Shown in pieces: positions 32,936 to 47,379 of a DNA stretch of 64,000 nt. Source of the stretch: Neocallimastix sp. 'constans'. Its lineage: Eukaryota. The notes beneath the pieces are model-generated. The model searched no databases. It saw nothing but the letters and a program-made list of their open reading frames with translations, and was not told where the DNA came from. Made by a program: the position numbers and the translations under genes. Every line of letters starts with the position of its first letter. Position 1 is the first letter of the stretch. The stretch is taken from NCBI GenBank assembly GCA_050613775.1, contig JBODTK010000116.1:372001-436000 (forward strand). The letters are read 5' to 3'.

Positions 32936-33616
32936 TGAAATAATCTTATTAAACAATATTTAAACATTAATATTATATTTATCTATCTCCTTATTTATTT
33001 ATTTTAGATATAAAAGTAGTTAGAATTATAATTTATTTAGAAATATCATTTATTAATACATTATTATAATTTGCTAATTTTTTAAAATAATATTGAATAA
33101 TTAATAATTTAGTTAAATTTATATATATATATATGTATATTTTTTGTTTTTATGAATTCTTTAAATTTAAAATACCCTTTTAAATTCATCAGAAAAGAAT
33201 TATTTTATAAATTTTTTTTTAAACTATAGAATTTTTAGAAGAAATAGAATAGAAAAATAGAAATAATTTTATTGAATTTAAAATTTTAATTTAATAATCA
33301 GTAATTATAATAAAATTCATCAATGTATAATTAATGTTATATATTATTTATTTATAAATAAAAATTTTGATATTTAATATGAAATATACTAATAAAAATT
33401 ATTAAATAATAACAAAATATAATATAAAAATAAATGAAAATAATTAAAAATAAAAAATAATAATATAAAAAAATGAAATATTATGTGTATTAATAATTTT
33501 ATTTTTAAATTTTATAGTAAGAGTGTAATACATAAGAAGGTAAATGAGGTAAAAATAAAATAAAAATGAAAATAAAAAATAAAAATAAATAAATAAAATA
33601 AAATAAAAATAAATAA

Positions 33617-33655
<39 letters not shown>

Positions 33656-33924
33656 GATTTTTCTATTTTTATAAATTCTTTAAAATAATTAATAATAAAA
33701 CTATATAAAATTATTATTGTAAATTATTTTAGATATATAAAATATATAAAATTATTATTATTAGCTATATAGTTTTATCTAGCGGGAAGATATAATATAA
33801 TCGGATCCTATTTTTTTGATATAGAAATATTTATAATTATCATTTATTGTCTAAATATTATAATTTATTAATCTTTATAAGAATTTATCATTTATTTTCT
33901 AAAAATTAAAATTTATTAATTGTA

Positions 33925-33937
33925 TAATAATAATAAC

Positions 33938-34027
<90 letters not shown>

Positions 34028-34050
34028 TAACAACAATAATAATAATAATA

Positions 34051-34128
<78 letters not shown>
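33925..34128. repeat. (AAT)n microsatellite between copies 3 and 4
   Basis: Interrupted AAT run. Confidence 0.9.
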
Positions 34129-34129
<1 letters not shown>

Positions 34130-35329
34130 TCATTTTATTATAATAATTTTTTTTTAAATTTATATATAAATATATTTAATCTTTTATATTAGTTATTTAT
34201 ATTTTAAAATTTTGATATTTAATATTAAATATACTAATATTTATAATATAATAAAAAATTAATAAAAATAATAAATAAAAAAATATTGATTATATTAAAA
34301 AATGAAATAGTACTTTCAAATAATTAAATTTTTAAAGTTAATGAATAATTTATTATAGATTACATAAAATGTATGAATATTATTATTCTGAAATACTCTG
34401 TTATTTTAAAAGTATTAATATTATTTTAATAATATTAATGTAATACTTTTATTAAAATAATCATTATTATTATAATTATTTTAAAAGTATTATACTTTTA
34501 TTATTATTAATATTATTATTATTATTATTATAATTATTATAATTATAAATTATTTAGTTTATATGAAAAATCCATATAAAATCTATTTTTATCTTTTGTA
34601 TTTTATCTTTAGTATAACCCTGGATAAAATTGCACTAGTAAAACGAAAGTTTTAATTAAAATTGTAATACCTTTTAAAATTTTGTTATTTATAAAAAATT
34701 TTAATTTTATTATAAAATTAAGGTTGATATTTTATATTAAAATATATGTTAATTAGAATTAATCTAAAAATAAATTTATTTAGTTTACAAGAATTTAAAT
34801 AAATAAACAAAAAATATCATAATATAAATATGTTGTAAATAATGTTTTCTATACATTTTAACAAACAATAATAAAATATGAAAATATTTAGCTTCAAAAA
34901 ATTTTTTAATTTCTAAATATAGCTTATTAAAATAAATAAACATAGTTAAATTTAAGAATTACTTGATTATGATATAAAATTCAAAATATAAATAAAATAT
35001 TTTCAAACAATATTTATTTATATTTGATGTAAGATACTTTTTATTTATATTTTATTTTTAGAAATGTTTAATAAAAACAATAGCCGTTAGCATAAATAAT
35101 AAATCATTAATTAAATAAAATTATATAATAAAAATTGCTTTGTATATAAATATTAAAATTTTACTTTTTTTTTTTTATTTTAGTTTTTATTATTAATAAA
35201 GTAATAACTAATAATTAAAAATTAAAAAATTAAATATAATATTAAAAGAATTTTAAAACTAATATAAAATACAAAATAAAAAAAATTATCATAAAATAAA
35301 TAAAATATTTTAATAAAATATATTTAAAA

Positions 35330-36557
35330 ATGGAAAAAAATAATTTACCTAGTGCATATTTAGAAAAGCAAAATGCTTTTGTCACTTTAGTTAAGGAGGT
35401 TCAATTTTCTTTAAATTCTAAAGAATACAAGAATCAAGGTTATGCTTTAAATGAATTCGTTAAAATGAAATGGAATATTTCACAGTAAATATCATTTATT
35501 AATATTATATTTATATTTAATATTTATATAGTATTTTATTAATATAATTTATTTTAATACTAATTTATTTAAACATTTATTTAATTTTTTAATTTTTATT
35601 ATAATAATTCAAATATTTTTTTTCAATTTATTATATTTGTAGAGCTCGTAAGTATTAATAGAATTATATATAATTATTAATATATTTTTAAAAAATAAAT
35701 TTTAATTGAATATTGAAAAAATATTAATAAATAAATATTTTTTTTTTTATTTATTTTACCAATTTATTTTTATTTTAATATTAATAGAAGCTTATCGTTA
35801 CTTAATTTGTGCTAAGGTATTAGATCAATTAAAAGAATTTGAAATTAAACCTTCATATGAACGTTTATGTAGATCTTTATATAATAATGCTAAAACTTCA
35901 TCTCAAATGAAACTTTTATGGTCTACTGTTCTTATTAAGGCAGGTGGTCGTCCAGATTTCATAAATAGCACTCATATTTCTAAAATTTGGAAAGAACTCT
36001 CTCAAAATAAACAATATGATGATATTTGTCACTTTGAAGATAATATTATGAATAAAGTAGAAAAATCTTTAAATAAAATTTCTAAAGAAAAGAAACATAA
36101 ACAATTAAATTTAAATAAATCAAATTCTTTAAATTCTTTAAATTCTTTAAATCATTCGAATTCATTAAATTCATTAAATTCATTAAATTCGCAAATTTCA
36201 AATATTTCTTCTCCAACTTTATCTGAATCATCAAATTTAACATCAAATTTAACATCAAATGAAACTTTAAGAAATGAAAGTTCATTAACACCAATTAGTA
36301 ACTATTCTTCAATTTCAAATGATGACGATTTTCAAACAAATTCTATTTTTCAAATAGAACCAATGGATTCATCATCTATTCCAATCTTTTCAACTATTTC
36401 ATCACTTCCTTCTAATCCATCTATTTCATGTATTCCATCAGTTCCATTTACCGAACCTCTTTACTATTTAACAAGTTCTAATGAATTAATGAGTAAATAT
36501 GAACAACCTTTAATATATATTCAAGAACCATCTCAACAAATCATTTATTATTATTAA
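35330..36557 (+). CDS. Five-copy family, copy 4 (exons 35330-35484, 35643-35647, 35788-36557)
   Basis: Same splice sites; starts MEKNNLPSAYLEKQ; open frame. Confidence 0.86.
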
Positions 36558-36731
36558 TGAAATAATCTTATTAAACAATAATTAAACATTAATACTTTAT
36601 TTATCTATCTATCTATTTATTTATTTTAGATATAAAAGTAGTTAGAATTATAATTTATTTAGAAATATCATTTATTAATAAATTATTAAATTTTTGAAAT
36701 AATATAGATTAATTAATAATTTGGTTAAATA

Positions 36732-36762
<31 letters not shown>

Positions 36763-37221
36763 TTTTATAATTCTTTAAATTTAAAATACCCTTTTAAATT
36801 CATCAGAAAAGAATTATTTTATAAATTTTTTTTTAAACTATAGAATTTTTAGAAGAAATAGAATAGAAATAATTTTATTGAATTTAAAATTTTAATTTAA
36901 TAATCAGTAATTATAATAAAATTCATCAATGAATAATTAATGTTATATATTATTTATTTATAAATAAAAATTTTGATATTTAATATGAAATATACTAATA
37001 AAAATTATTAAATAATAACAAAATATAATATAAAAATAAATGAAAATAATTAAAAATAAAAAATAATAATATAAAAAAATGAAATATTATGTGTATTAAT
37101 AATTTTATTTTTAAATTTTATAGTAAGAGTGTAATACATAAGAAGGTAAATGAGGTAAAAATAAAATTAAAATAAAAATAAAAAATAAAAATAAATAAAT
37201 AAAATAAAATAAATAAAAAAA

Positions 37222-37260
<39 letters not shown>

Positions 37261-37847
37261 GATTTTTCTATTTTTAAAATTCTTTAAAAAAAATTAATAA
37301 TTTATTACATATAATTATATAAAGTTATTATTGTAAATTATTTAGATATATAAAATATATAAAATTATTATTATTAGCTACATAGTTTTATCTAGCGGGA
37401 AGATATATTATAATCGAATCCTATTTTTTGATATAGAAATATTTATAATTATCATTAATAATAATAATAATAATAATAATTATAATAATAATAATAATAA
37501 TAATAATACCATTTTATTATAATAATATTAATACTTTCATTAAAATAATTAAAATTATTATAATTATTTTAATAAAAGTATTACATTATTATTATTAAAA
37601 TAATTATTTTAAAAGTATTATACTTTTATTATTATTAATATTATTATTATTATTATTATTATAATTATTATAATTATAATTATAAACTAAATAATTTATA
37701 ATTATAATAATTATAATAATAATAATTATTTAGTTTATATGAAAGATCCATATAAAATCTATTTTTATCCTTTGTATTTTATCTTTTGTATAACCTTGGA
37801 TAAAATTGCACTAGTAAAACGAAAGCTTTAAATAAAATTGTAATACC

Positions 37848-37881
<34 letters not shown>

Positions 37882-38667
37882 ATTATAAATTAATTAGTTT
37901 ATATGAAAAATCCATATAAAATCTATTTTTATCTTTTGAATTTTATCTTTTGTATAACTCTGGATAAAATGGCACTAGTAAAACGAAAGTTTTAATTAAA
38001 ATTGTATTACCTTTTAAAATTTTGTTATTTATAAAAAATTTTAATTTTATTATAAAATTAAGGTTGATATTTTATATTAAAATATATGTTAATTAGAATT
38101 AATCTAAAAATAAATTTATTTGGTATAATTTATTTAATTTACAAAAATTTAAAAATATAAACAAAAAATATCATAATATAAGTATGTTGTAAATAATGTA
38201 TTCTATATATAATATGAAAATATTTAGCTTCAAAAAATTTTTTAATTTCTAAATATAGCTTATTAAAATAAATAAACATAGTTAAATTTAATAATTACTT
38301 GATTATAATATAAAATTCCAAATATAAATAAAATATTTTCAAACAATATTTATTTATATTTGATGTAAGATACTTTTTATTTATATTTTATTTTTAGAAA
38401 TGTTTAATAAAAATAATAGCCGTTAACATAAGTAATAAATCATTAATTAAATAAAATTATATAATAAAAATTGTTTTGTATATAAATATTAAAATTTTAC
38501 TTTTTTTTTTTTTTATTTTATTTTTTATTATTAATAAAGTAATAACTAATAATTAAAAATTAAAAAATTAAATATAATATTAAAAGAATTTTAAAACTAA
38601 TATAAAATAAAAAATAAAAAAAATTATCATAAAATAAATAAAATATTTTAATAAAATATATTTAAAA

Positions 38668-39913
38668 ATGGAAAAAAATAATTTACCTAGTGCATATTTA
38701 GAAAAGCAAAATGCTTTTGTCACTTTAGTTAAAGAGGTTCAATTTTCTTTAAATTCTAAAGAATACAAGAAGCAAGGTTATGCTTTAAATGAATTCGTTA
38801 AAATGAAATGGAATATTTCACAGTAAATATCATTTATTAATATTATATTTATATTTAATATTTATATATATATGGTACTAATTAATATTTATTTTAATAC
38901 TAATTAATTTAAATAATTTATTTAATATTTTAATTTTTATTATAATAATTCAAATATTTTTTTTTTAATTTATAATATTCATAGAGCTCGTAAGTATTAA
39001 TAGAATTATATATTATTATTAATATATTTTTAAAAAATAAATTTTAATTGAATATTGAAAAAATATTAATATATAAATATTTTTTTTTTATTTATTTTAC
39101 CAATTTATTTTTATTTTAATATTAATAGAAGCTTATCGTTACTTAATTTGTGCTAAGGTATTAGATCAATTAAAAGAATTTGAAATTAAACCTTCATATG
39201 AACGTTTATGTAGATCTTTATATAATAATGCTAAAACTTCATCTCAAATGAAACTTTTATGGTCTACTGTTCTTATTAAGGCAGGTGGTCGTCCAGATTT
39301 CATAAATAGTACTCATATTTCTAAAATTTGGAAAGAACTCTCTCAGAATAAACAATATGATGATATTTGTCACTTTGAAGATAATATTATGAATAAAGTA
39401 GAAAAATCTTTAAATAAAATTTCTAAAGAAAAGAAACATAAACAATTAAATTTAAATAAATCAAATTCTTTAAATTCTTTAAATTCTTTAAATCATTCTA
39501 ATTCATTAAATTCATTAAATTCATTAAATTCGCAAATTTCAAATATTTCTTCTTCAAATATTCCTTCTCCAACTTTATCTGAATCATCAAATTTAACATC
39601 AAATTTAACATCAAATGAAACTTTAAGAAATGAAAGTTCATTAACACCAATTAGTAACTATTCTTCAATTTCAAATGATGACGATTTTCAAATAAATTCT
39701 ATTTCTCAAATTGAACCAATGGATTCATCATCTATTCCAATTTTTTCAACTATTTCATCACTTGCTTCTAATCCATCTATTTCATGTATTCCATCAATTC
39801 CATCTACTGAACATCTATATTATTTAACAAGTACTAATGAATTAATGAATAAATATGAACAACCTTTAATTTATATTCAAGAACCATCTCAACAAATCAT
39901 TTATTATTATTAA
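38668..39913 (+). CDS. Five-copy family, copy 5 (exons 38668-38822, 38985-38989, 39129-39913)
   Basis: Same splice sites; open frame. Confidence 0.86.
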
Positions 39914-40729
39914 TGAAATAATCTTATTAAACAATAATTAAACATTAATACTATATTTATCTATCTCTTTATTTATTTATTTTAGATATAAAAGTAGTTA
40001 GAATTATCATTTATTAATACATTATTATAATTTGCTAATTTTTAAAAATAATATAGAATTATTAATAATTTAGTTAAATTTAATTTTTTTTTATTTGAAT
40101 TCTTTAGATTTAAAATACCCTTTTAAAATCATTTTAAATAAAATAAAAATATTTTTTTTTAATTTTTTTTAACTATAGAATTTTTAAAAGAAATAGAATA
40201 ATTTAATAATTACAATTAGTAATTATTAAATTAAAATTTTAAATTCAATAATAAACCTCATAATTTAATATTTTTTATTATTTATTTATAAATAAAAATT
40301 TTGATATTTAATATATAGAGTGTAATTCAATAATAAACTTCATAATTTAATTTTTTTTATTATTTATTTATAAATAAAAATTTTGATATTTAATATTAAA
40401 TAAACTAATAAAAATTATTAAATATTATAAAATATAATAAAATATAAATGAAAATAAAAAATGAAAAAAATAATAAAATTAAATAATAAAATAATATGTG
40501 TATTAATAATTTTATTTTTAAAAATTTTATAAGAGTGTAATTCATAAGAAAGAAAAATAAAATATAATAAAAAAAATAAAAAAAAAAAAAAAAAGATAAA
40601 AAAAAAAAATTATTAAGTATTTTTAAAGGAATTATTAATAATAGAATAAGTAAGTTATTACATATAAATAAAAGTATATAAAATTATTATTATAAGTTAC
40701 TATAGATGTAGAGAGTATAATATTTTAAA

Positions 40730-41093
<364 letters not shown>

Positions 41094-41329
41094 GTATTAT
41101 AAAAATTATACATTTTATATAAAAATCCATATAAAATCTATTTTTATCTTTTGTACAATACTGGATAAAAAATTATTTGTTAAAATAAATTATACATTTT
41201 ATATAAAAATCCATATAAAATCTATTTTTATCTTTCGTACTATGCTGTATAAAAAATTATTTGTTAAAACTAAAGTTCTAATTAAAATCAATAATACATA
41301 TAATAATAAAGTATTCTTACTTTTATTAA

Positions 41330-41845
41330 AAGAGTTATAAAAATTAAATTTATTTATTCTTATTATAAGAGTTATAAAAATTAAATTTATTCTTATTATA
41401 AGAGTTAAAAAAATAAAAATTAAATTTATTCTTATTATAAGAGTTAAAAAAATCAAATTTATTTATACTTATTAAAAGAGTTAAAAAAATCAAATTTATT
41501 TATACTTATTAAAAGAGTTAAAATTTTATTTATTCTTTTCAAATTTATTTATACTTATTAAAAAAAAGAGTTAAAATTTTATTTATTCTTTTCAAATTTA
41601 TTTATACTTATTAAAAGAGTTAAAATTTTATTTATTCTTTTCAAATTTATTTATACTTATTAAAAAAAAGAGTTAAAATTTTATTTATTCTTTTCAAATT
41701 TATTTATACTTATTAAAAGAGTTAAAATTTTATTTATTCTTTTCAAATTTATTTATACTTATTAAAAAAAAGAGTTAAAATTTTATTTATTCTTTTCAAA
41801 TTTATTTATACTTATTAAAAGAGTTAAAATTTTATTTATTCTTTA
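41330..41845. repeat. Minisatellite, 32-50 bp units (AAGAGTTAAAATTTTATTTATTCTTTTCAAATTTATTTATACTTATTAAA)
   Basis: Repeated AGAGTTA anchor; later units alternate in A-run length. Confidence 0.88.
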
Positions 41846-41999
41846 CTAGTCTTTAAAAAGCCTATAAAAAGATAATATATTATAGGCTTTTTAGAGTTTT
41901 ATCTTTTTATAGTTTTATCTAACATGAAGAGAGCTTACTATTAAACTTATAATAATATATATAGTCTAATGAAATAGAAATAGATAATAATATATATAG

Positions 42000-42800
42000 T
42001 ATAATGAAATAGAAATAGTTAGAATTATTATCATTATAATTATTATTATTATAAAATTAATAAATTTTAATATTTAGTAAATAAATGATTATATATATAA
42101 TGTTATAAATTTTAAAACTAATTAATTATTAGGTAAATGAGCTGTAAAAAAAGAAAAATAAACAAATAAATAATTTATATATATTTATAGTATAATGAAA
42201 TCGAAATAGTTAGAGTTATTATCATTATAATTATTATTATTATAAAATTAATAAATTTTAATATTTAGTAAATAAATGATTATATATATAATGTTATAAA
42301 TTTTAAAACTAATTAATTATTAGGTAAATGAGCTGTAAAAAAAGAAAAATAAACAAATAAATAATTTATATATATTTATAGTATAATGAAATCGAAATAG
42401 TTAGAGTTATTATCATTATAATTATTATTATTATAAAATTAATAAATTTTAATATTTAGTAAATAAATGATTATATATATAATGTTATAAATTTTAAAAC
42501 TAATTAATTATTAGGTAAATGAGCTGTAAAAAAAGAAAAATAAACAAATAAATAAAATCAATAAGAATGCAAAAAAATAATAGCATTCTTATTGATTTTA
42601 TTTATTTGTTAAAAAAAAAATAATTTATATATATTTATAGTATAATGAAATCGAAATAGTTAGAGTTATTATCATTATAATTATTATTATTATAAAATTA
42701 ATAAATTTTAATATTTAGTAAATAAATGATTATATATATAATGTTATAAATTTTAAAACTAATGAAAAATAAACAAATAAATAATTTATATATATTTATA
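42000..42800. repeat. 191-bp tandem repeat, about 4 copies
   Basis: TATAATGAAAT(C/A)GAAATAGTTAGA at 42000, 42191, 42382 and 42641; the last interval carries a palindromic insert. Confidence 0.9.
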
Positions 42801-43359
42801 TTACTAATTATATTTCTATATAACTTAATAATTACTCTTTAAAAAATTGCATAAATATAATAATATACAATAATGATTTATTAATTCCTCATTTTAAAAA
42901 AAAAAAATAAAATTGAAAATAGATCCACTTTTCATTATAATAATTTCTTTATACACAGAATATTAATAATATTCACACATTTATAAGTTTTTTTTTAATT
43001 AATTTTATTATTATTATATTAGATAATCAATTAATCATTATTAGTTATGAAATTTTTTTTTTTTTTAAATTTACGAATTACATATTTTTTTTTTTCTTTT
43101 TTTTATATTATATTCACTTATTTCAAATAATAATTTTTTTGTATTTTTTATTTTCTATTAATTATCCAATTAAATTTTTAATATTTCTTAAAAAAAAAAA
43201 AAAGGGTTTCAAAATTTAGTTACTCTTTCTAAATAAAAAGTAATATTAAATTTCTTATTCGACCTTCCCCTTAAAATAAGGTGAAGGTAAAAAAAAAAAA
43301 AAGTGGTAATAAAAATATATATAGTGATATATTTATTAATTATTTTTATATTCCGCTAC

Positions 43360-44877
43360 TTAAGCCTTACCAGCCATCTTAGCATCCATTTCATCGATAC
43401 TAAGACCCTTACATTCAATAACGTAGAATTGAGCGTAAACCCAGGCAAGAAGACAGGCAGCAGCGAAAAGAAGGAAAGTTTTGGTAGACCAGGCCTTCAT
43501 AAGAGCTGGACCGACGAAAGCAATAATCCAGTTGTTAAGGAAGTTAGAAACGGTACCAACAGCAGAACCCTTAACTCTGACACGGAGTGGGAAGACTTCA
43601 GCTTGGTAGACCCATGGAACTGGACCCCAAGTCCAGGCGAAGGAGAAGACCATAAGGAAGATACTAGCGACAGCAAGGTATTGCCACATCTTACCCTTTG
43701 AGGTTTGAGTAGAACAAGCCCAGGTAGAAATGTGGAAGACTAACATCATAAGAGAACCAATAACTAATAAAGTCTTACGACCTAATCTTTCAATACCCCA
43801 CATACCAGGGAAAGTGGAAATGAAGTTGACGAAGTTGTTAATGATTGGAAGAACGACAGTAGACATGAACTTAGTGAAACCAATTTCATTGTAAATTTGA
43901 GATTGGTAGTACATAATGACATTAATACCAGTCCATTGTTGGAAAAGTTGCATTAAGAAGGTAATGAAAGTACGACGACGAATAACTGGTGAGAAAAGTT
44001 CACCGAAGGAAGAAGAACCAGCAGCACGAGTAGCGGCAACATCTTCTTGAATAGCCTTAAGTTCGCTTTGAACAAGTTCATCAGAAGTAGAAGCAGCATT
44101 AAGTTTAGCTAAAACTTCGACGGCTTCTTCATCACGATCCTTAGAACATAACCAACGTGGTGATTTTGGAAGGAAACTCATAAGGATGGCAAGACCAAGA
44201 CCTGGAACAACTTGGAATAAAAGAGCAAATCTCCATTCAAAGTTTGAAACTTCAGCCCAAATATCAGATCTAGCTTTACCTAAGTTTTCTGGTTCAACGT
44301 TGGTGTAGTACCAAACAATGGAATTAATACAGGCAGCTACAATAATACCGAAAGTAGTCATAAGTTGGTAGCAGGAAGAAAGAGTACCTCTAATCTTAGC
44401 TGGAGCAACTTCAGAAATATAAGTTGGACAAAGGACACCATTACAACCAATAGAAAGACCGGTAATAAGACGACCAATGGCAATCATAACCCAGGAACGA
44501 ATAGATAAACCTTGAATAATAGCACCACAAGTGAAAATACAGGCACCAATCATAATGGTTCTTTGACGACCGAATTTTTCACCAAGGTAAGTAGCCATAA
44601 GAGCACCACAAAGGGCACCAAGGACGAAACTGGAAGTAATAATACCTTCAAGAGTAGCCTTGTTGTCGGCTTCCTTTAAATCACGGTACATCATACTAGC
44701 AGCATCTTTGGTTGGTTGACCCTTTTCATCAAGACCATCACCATTCCAATGGTGGAATTTGAAGAAGATACGGAAGGCATCCATAACAAGAACGACGTTC
44801 ATGACACCAACTTCATAACCGAAAAGAAGACCCCCAAATGAGGCGGTAAGAGCAACTAAAAATTGAAATCTGTTCAT
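43360..44877 (-). CDS. MFS sugar porter family transporter (505 aa, intronless)
   Basis: GGLLFGYE, EKFGRQR, YISEVAPAKIRG, PKSPRWL, QQWTGINVIMYY, ERLGRK, GPVPWVYQAEVFPLRVR; about 12 hydrophobic segments. Confidence 0.97.
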   Translation of the reverse strand: MNRFQFLVALTASFGGLLFGYEVGVMNVVLVMDAFRIFFKFHHWNGDGLDEKGQPTKDAASMMYRDLKEADNKATLEGIITSSFVLGALCGALMATYLGEKFGRQRTIMIGACIFTCGAIIQGLSIRSWVMIAIGRLITGLSIGCNGVLCPTYISEVAPAKIRGTLSSCYQLMTTFGIIVAACINSIVWYYTNVEPENLGKARSDIWAEVSNFEWRFALLFQVVPGLGLAILMSFLPKSPRWLCSKDRDEEAVEVLAKLNAASTSDELVQSELKAIQEDVAATRAAGSSSFGELFSPVIRRRTFITFLMQLFQQWTGINVIMYYQSQIYNEIGFTKFMSTVVLPIINNFVNFISTFPGMWGIERLGRKTLLVIGSLMMLVFHISTWACSTQTSKGKMWQYLAVASIFLMVFSFAWTWGPVPWVYQAEVFPLRVRVKGSAVGTVSNFLNNWIIAFVGPALMKAWSTKTFLLFAAACLLAWVYAQFYVIECKGLSIDEMDAKMAGKA

Positions 44878-47379
44878 TTTTTTTTTTTTTTATTTAAACT
44901 TAACTTATTTTTATAAAAATAATTATTAAATAGTTTTTTATCAAAAAAAACTTTTTTTTAACTTAAACTAAACTTAAACTAAAAATTATAATATTATTTA
45001 AAAATTAAAATAATATTGAATTTTATAAAAAAAAAAAGGTAAATTGGAAATATTTTCGAATTTTTATATAAAAAATCTTTAATAATTAGCATATTAATAA
45101 GTAATTATATTAATCATACTCAAAATTAAATAGAAATAATAAAATTAATTAATATAATATACAGAGAATTATACACAGAAGTATACATAGAAGTAAAATT
45201 TTAATTTATTTTTATAAAATACCCGTATTAATTAAATATCATAAATATATATATTTTTTCAAATTATTATATTATTAAAATTTATATAATTAAAGTTTAA
45301 TAAATTATATGAAAAAAATATATAGATAAAAAATATATATATATAAAAATATATTCATTAAAACATATTAAATGTAAACAATGACCATCAATCTAATATA
45401 AAAATAAATATTTAAAAATAAATTTTAAAAAAATAAAATAAAAGATATATTAAATATTATTAATTTGATATATAATAAGCATTATTATTGTTAATAAGAT
45501 TATTACGAACAAAAACCAAAGAATAAAATATTAAAGCATTAAATTAAAATTATTACAAAAAAATATATATCCTTAAATTAAATTTAATAATAAATATTTA
45601 AATTATCATAATAAATAATAATATTAATTATTAAAATAAGTATATATATATCAGTAAATTAAATTTAATAATAAATATTTAAATTATCATAATAAATGAT
45701 AATAAAAAGACCTCTATATTTTTATATTTAATAAATTATTTAAAATTTGAGGTCTTTTTATTATTTAAATAATTTATTAAATATAAAAATATAAATATAT
45801 ATATATATATATATTTTTTTTTTATTTTATAATTCATTAAAATTTTATTTTTAGCCTAGTTTTTATAACTATTATCATTAATTATTTAAAATAATAATAA
45901 TTAATAATTAATAAAAATATAAATAAATAAAAAGAGTGGTCATCAAAAATTAAAGAAAAAAAGAAGGATATAAAAAAAAGTGATCATTAATCATTAAAAA
46001 AAAAATAAAAAATAATAGCTATTAATTATAAACAAAAAATGTAATAAATATTATAATAGTAGTTTGAATGTATATTAATTTAAATAAATATATATTATTA
46101 TTTTTATTTTTTTATTTTTTTTTTGTTTACAATTAATAGTATTATTTTTAGTTCTTTTTAAAAAATAAAAATAAAAATAAAAACTATTAAAGTCATTTCT
46201 TCATATTATGATCATTTAAATTATAAACAAAAAAAATTTTTTTTTATTTATATAATATTAAAAAAGTGTAACACTATTCGTAGATTTTATTTTTTTTTAA
46301 AGGAAAAATTAATTTATAATTGTTTGAGATAAACAAAAAAAATTTTTTTTTCCTTTTTTATTTTTTTTTGAAAACTATTTTAAAAATTATTATTGAAATA
46401 ATAATATATATTTTTACAATAAAAGTCAAAACATTAAAATCATAAATAATAATAATAATAATAAATAATAAATAATAAATAATAAATAATAAATAAATAA
46501 TAAATAATTGAATAATAAATAATAAATAATTGAATAATAAATAATAAATAATAAATAATAAATAATAAATAATAAATAATAAATAATAAATAATAAATAA
46601 TAATAAATAATAAATAATTGAATAATAAATAATAATAAATAATATAAATTGATATATAAAAAAAAACTATATTTATTTAAGGATATTTCTCCTTGAATTT
46701 TAATTTAATTTATTTTCCATTTTTGGTCGAATCATTTCATGATATTAAATTAAAAATTCATTAAATTTAAATCTACAAGAAAATAAAAAAAAAAAAAAGA
46801 AATTAAATCAAAAGAAAAGTTTAAATGTTTTTTTTTTGTTGTTGTTTTTATTATAATATTAAATTATTAATTTATTTATTAATTATATTAAAGAACGTGT
46901 TTTGAATAGCTAATTAAATCCTTATTTATATAAATTATTAACAAAATTTTAAAACTTTATTTAATAGAAAACTTTCATTTTTGATTCAATTATTGGATAA
47001 TTTTAAGAATCACTTGTTTTATTTATATTAAATCACTTTACTATTATTAACATTTTTAACTTAAAATAATAAAATAATAATTATAATTATTTATTACTAT
47101 TTTATTTATTTTATAATTATTATTATTATTATTTTTATTAATTATTATTATTATTATTAATTATTAATTATTATTATCAATCTTTATATTATTGTTAGAT
47201 TAATAATTATTTTTACTATTTATTATTTATAATTTATTATTAAATAAAAAATATATTATAGTTTTATAAAGGATTATATTCAATAAACTATATACCATAT
47301 ATCTATTATATATTATATTTATATCTATTTTATGTATATAACTAACATATATGTGCAAAAAAAATACCCTACAAATCAT

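Noticed and set aside
35706..35787. Hydrophobic N-terminal extension of copy 4 as a signal or TM segment
   Set aside because: It is intron 2 read through from a TTG; the same intron is present in all copies.
43303..43701. 132-aa plus-strand ORF
   Set aside because: Antisense shadow of the codon-biased sugar transporter.
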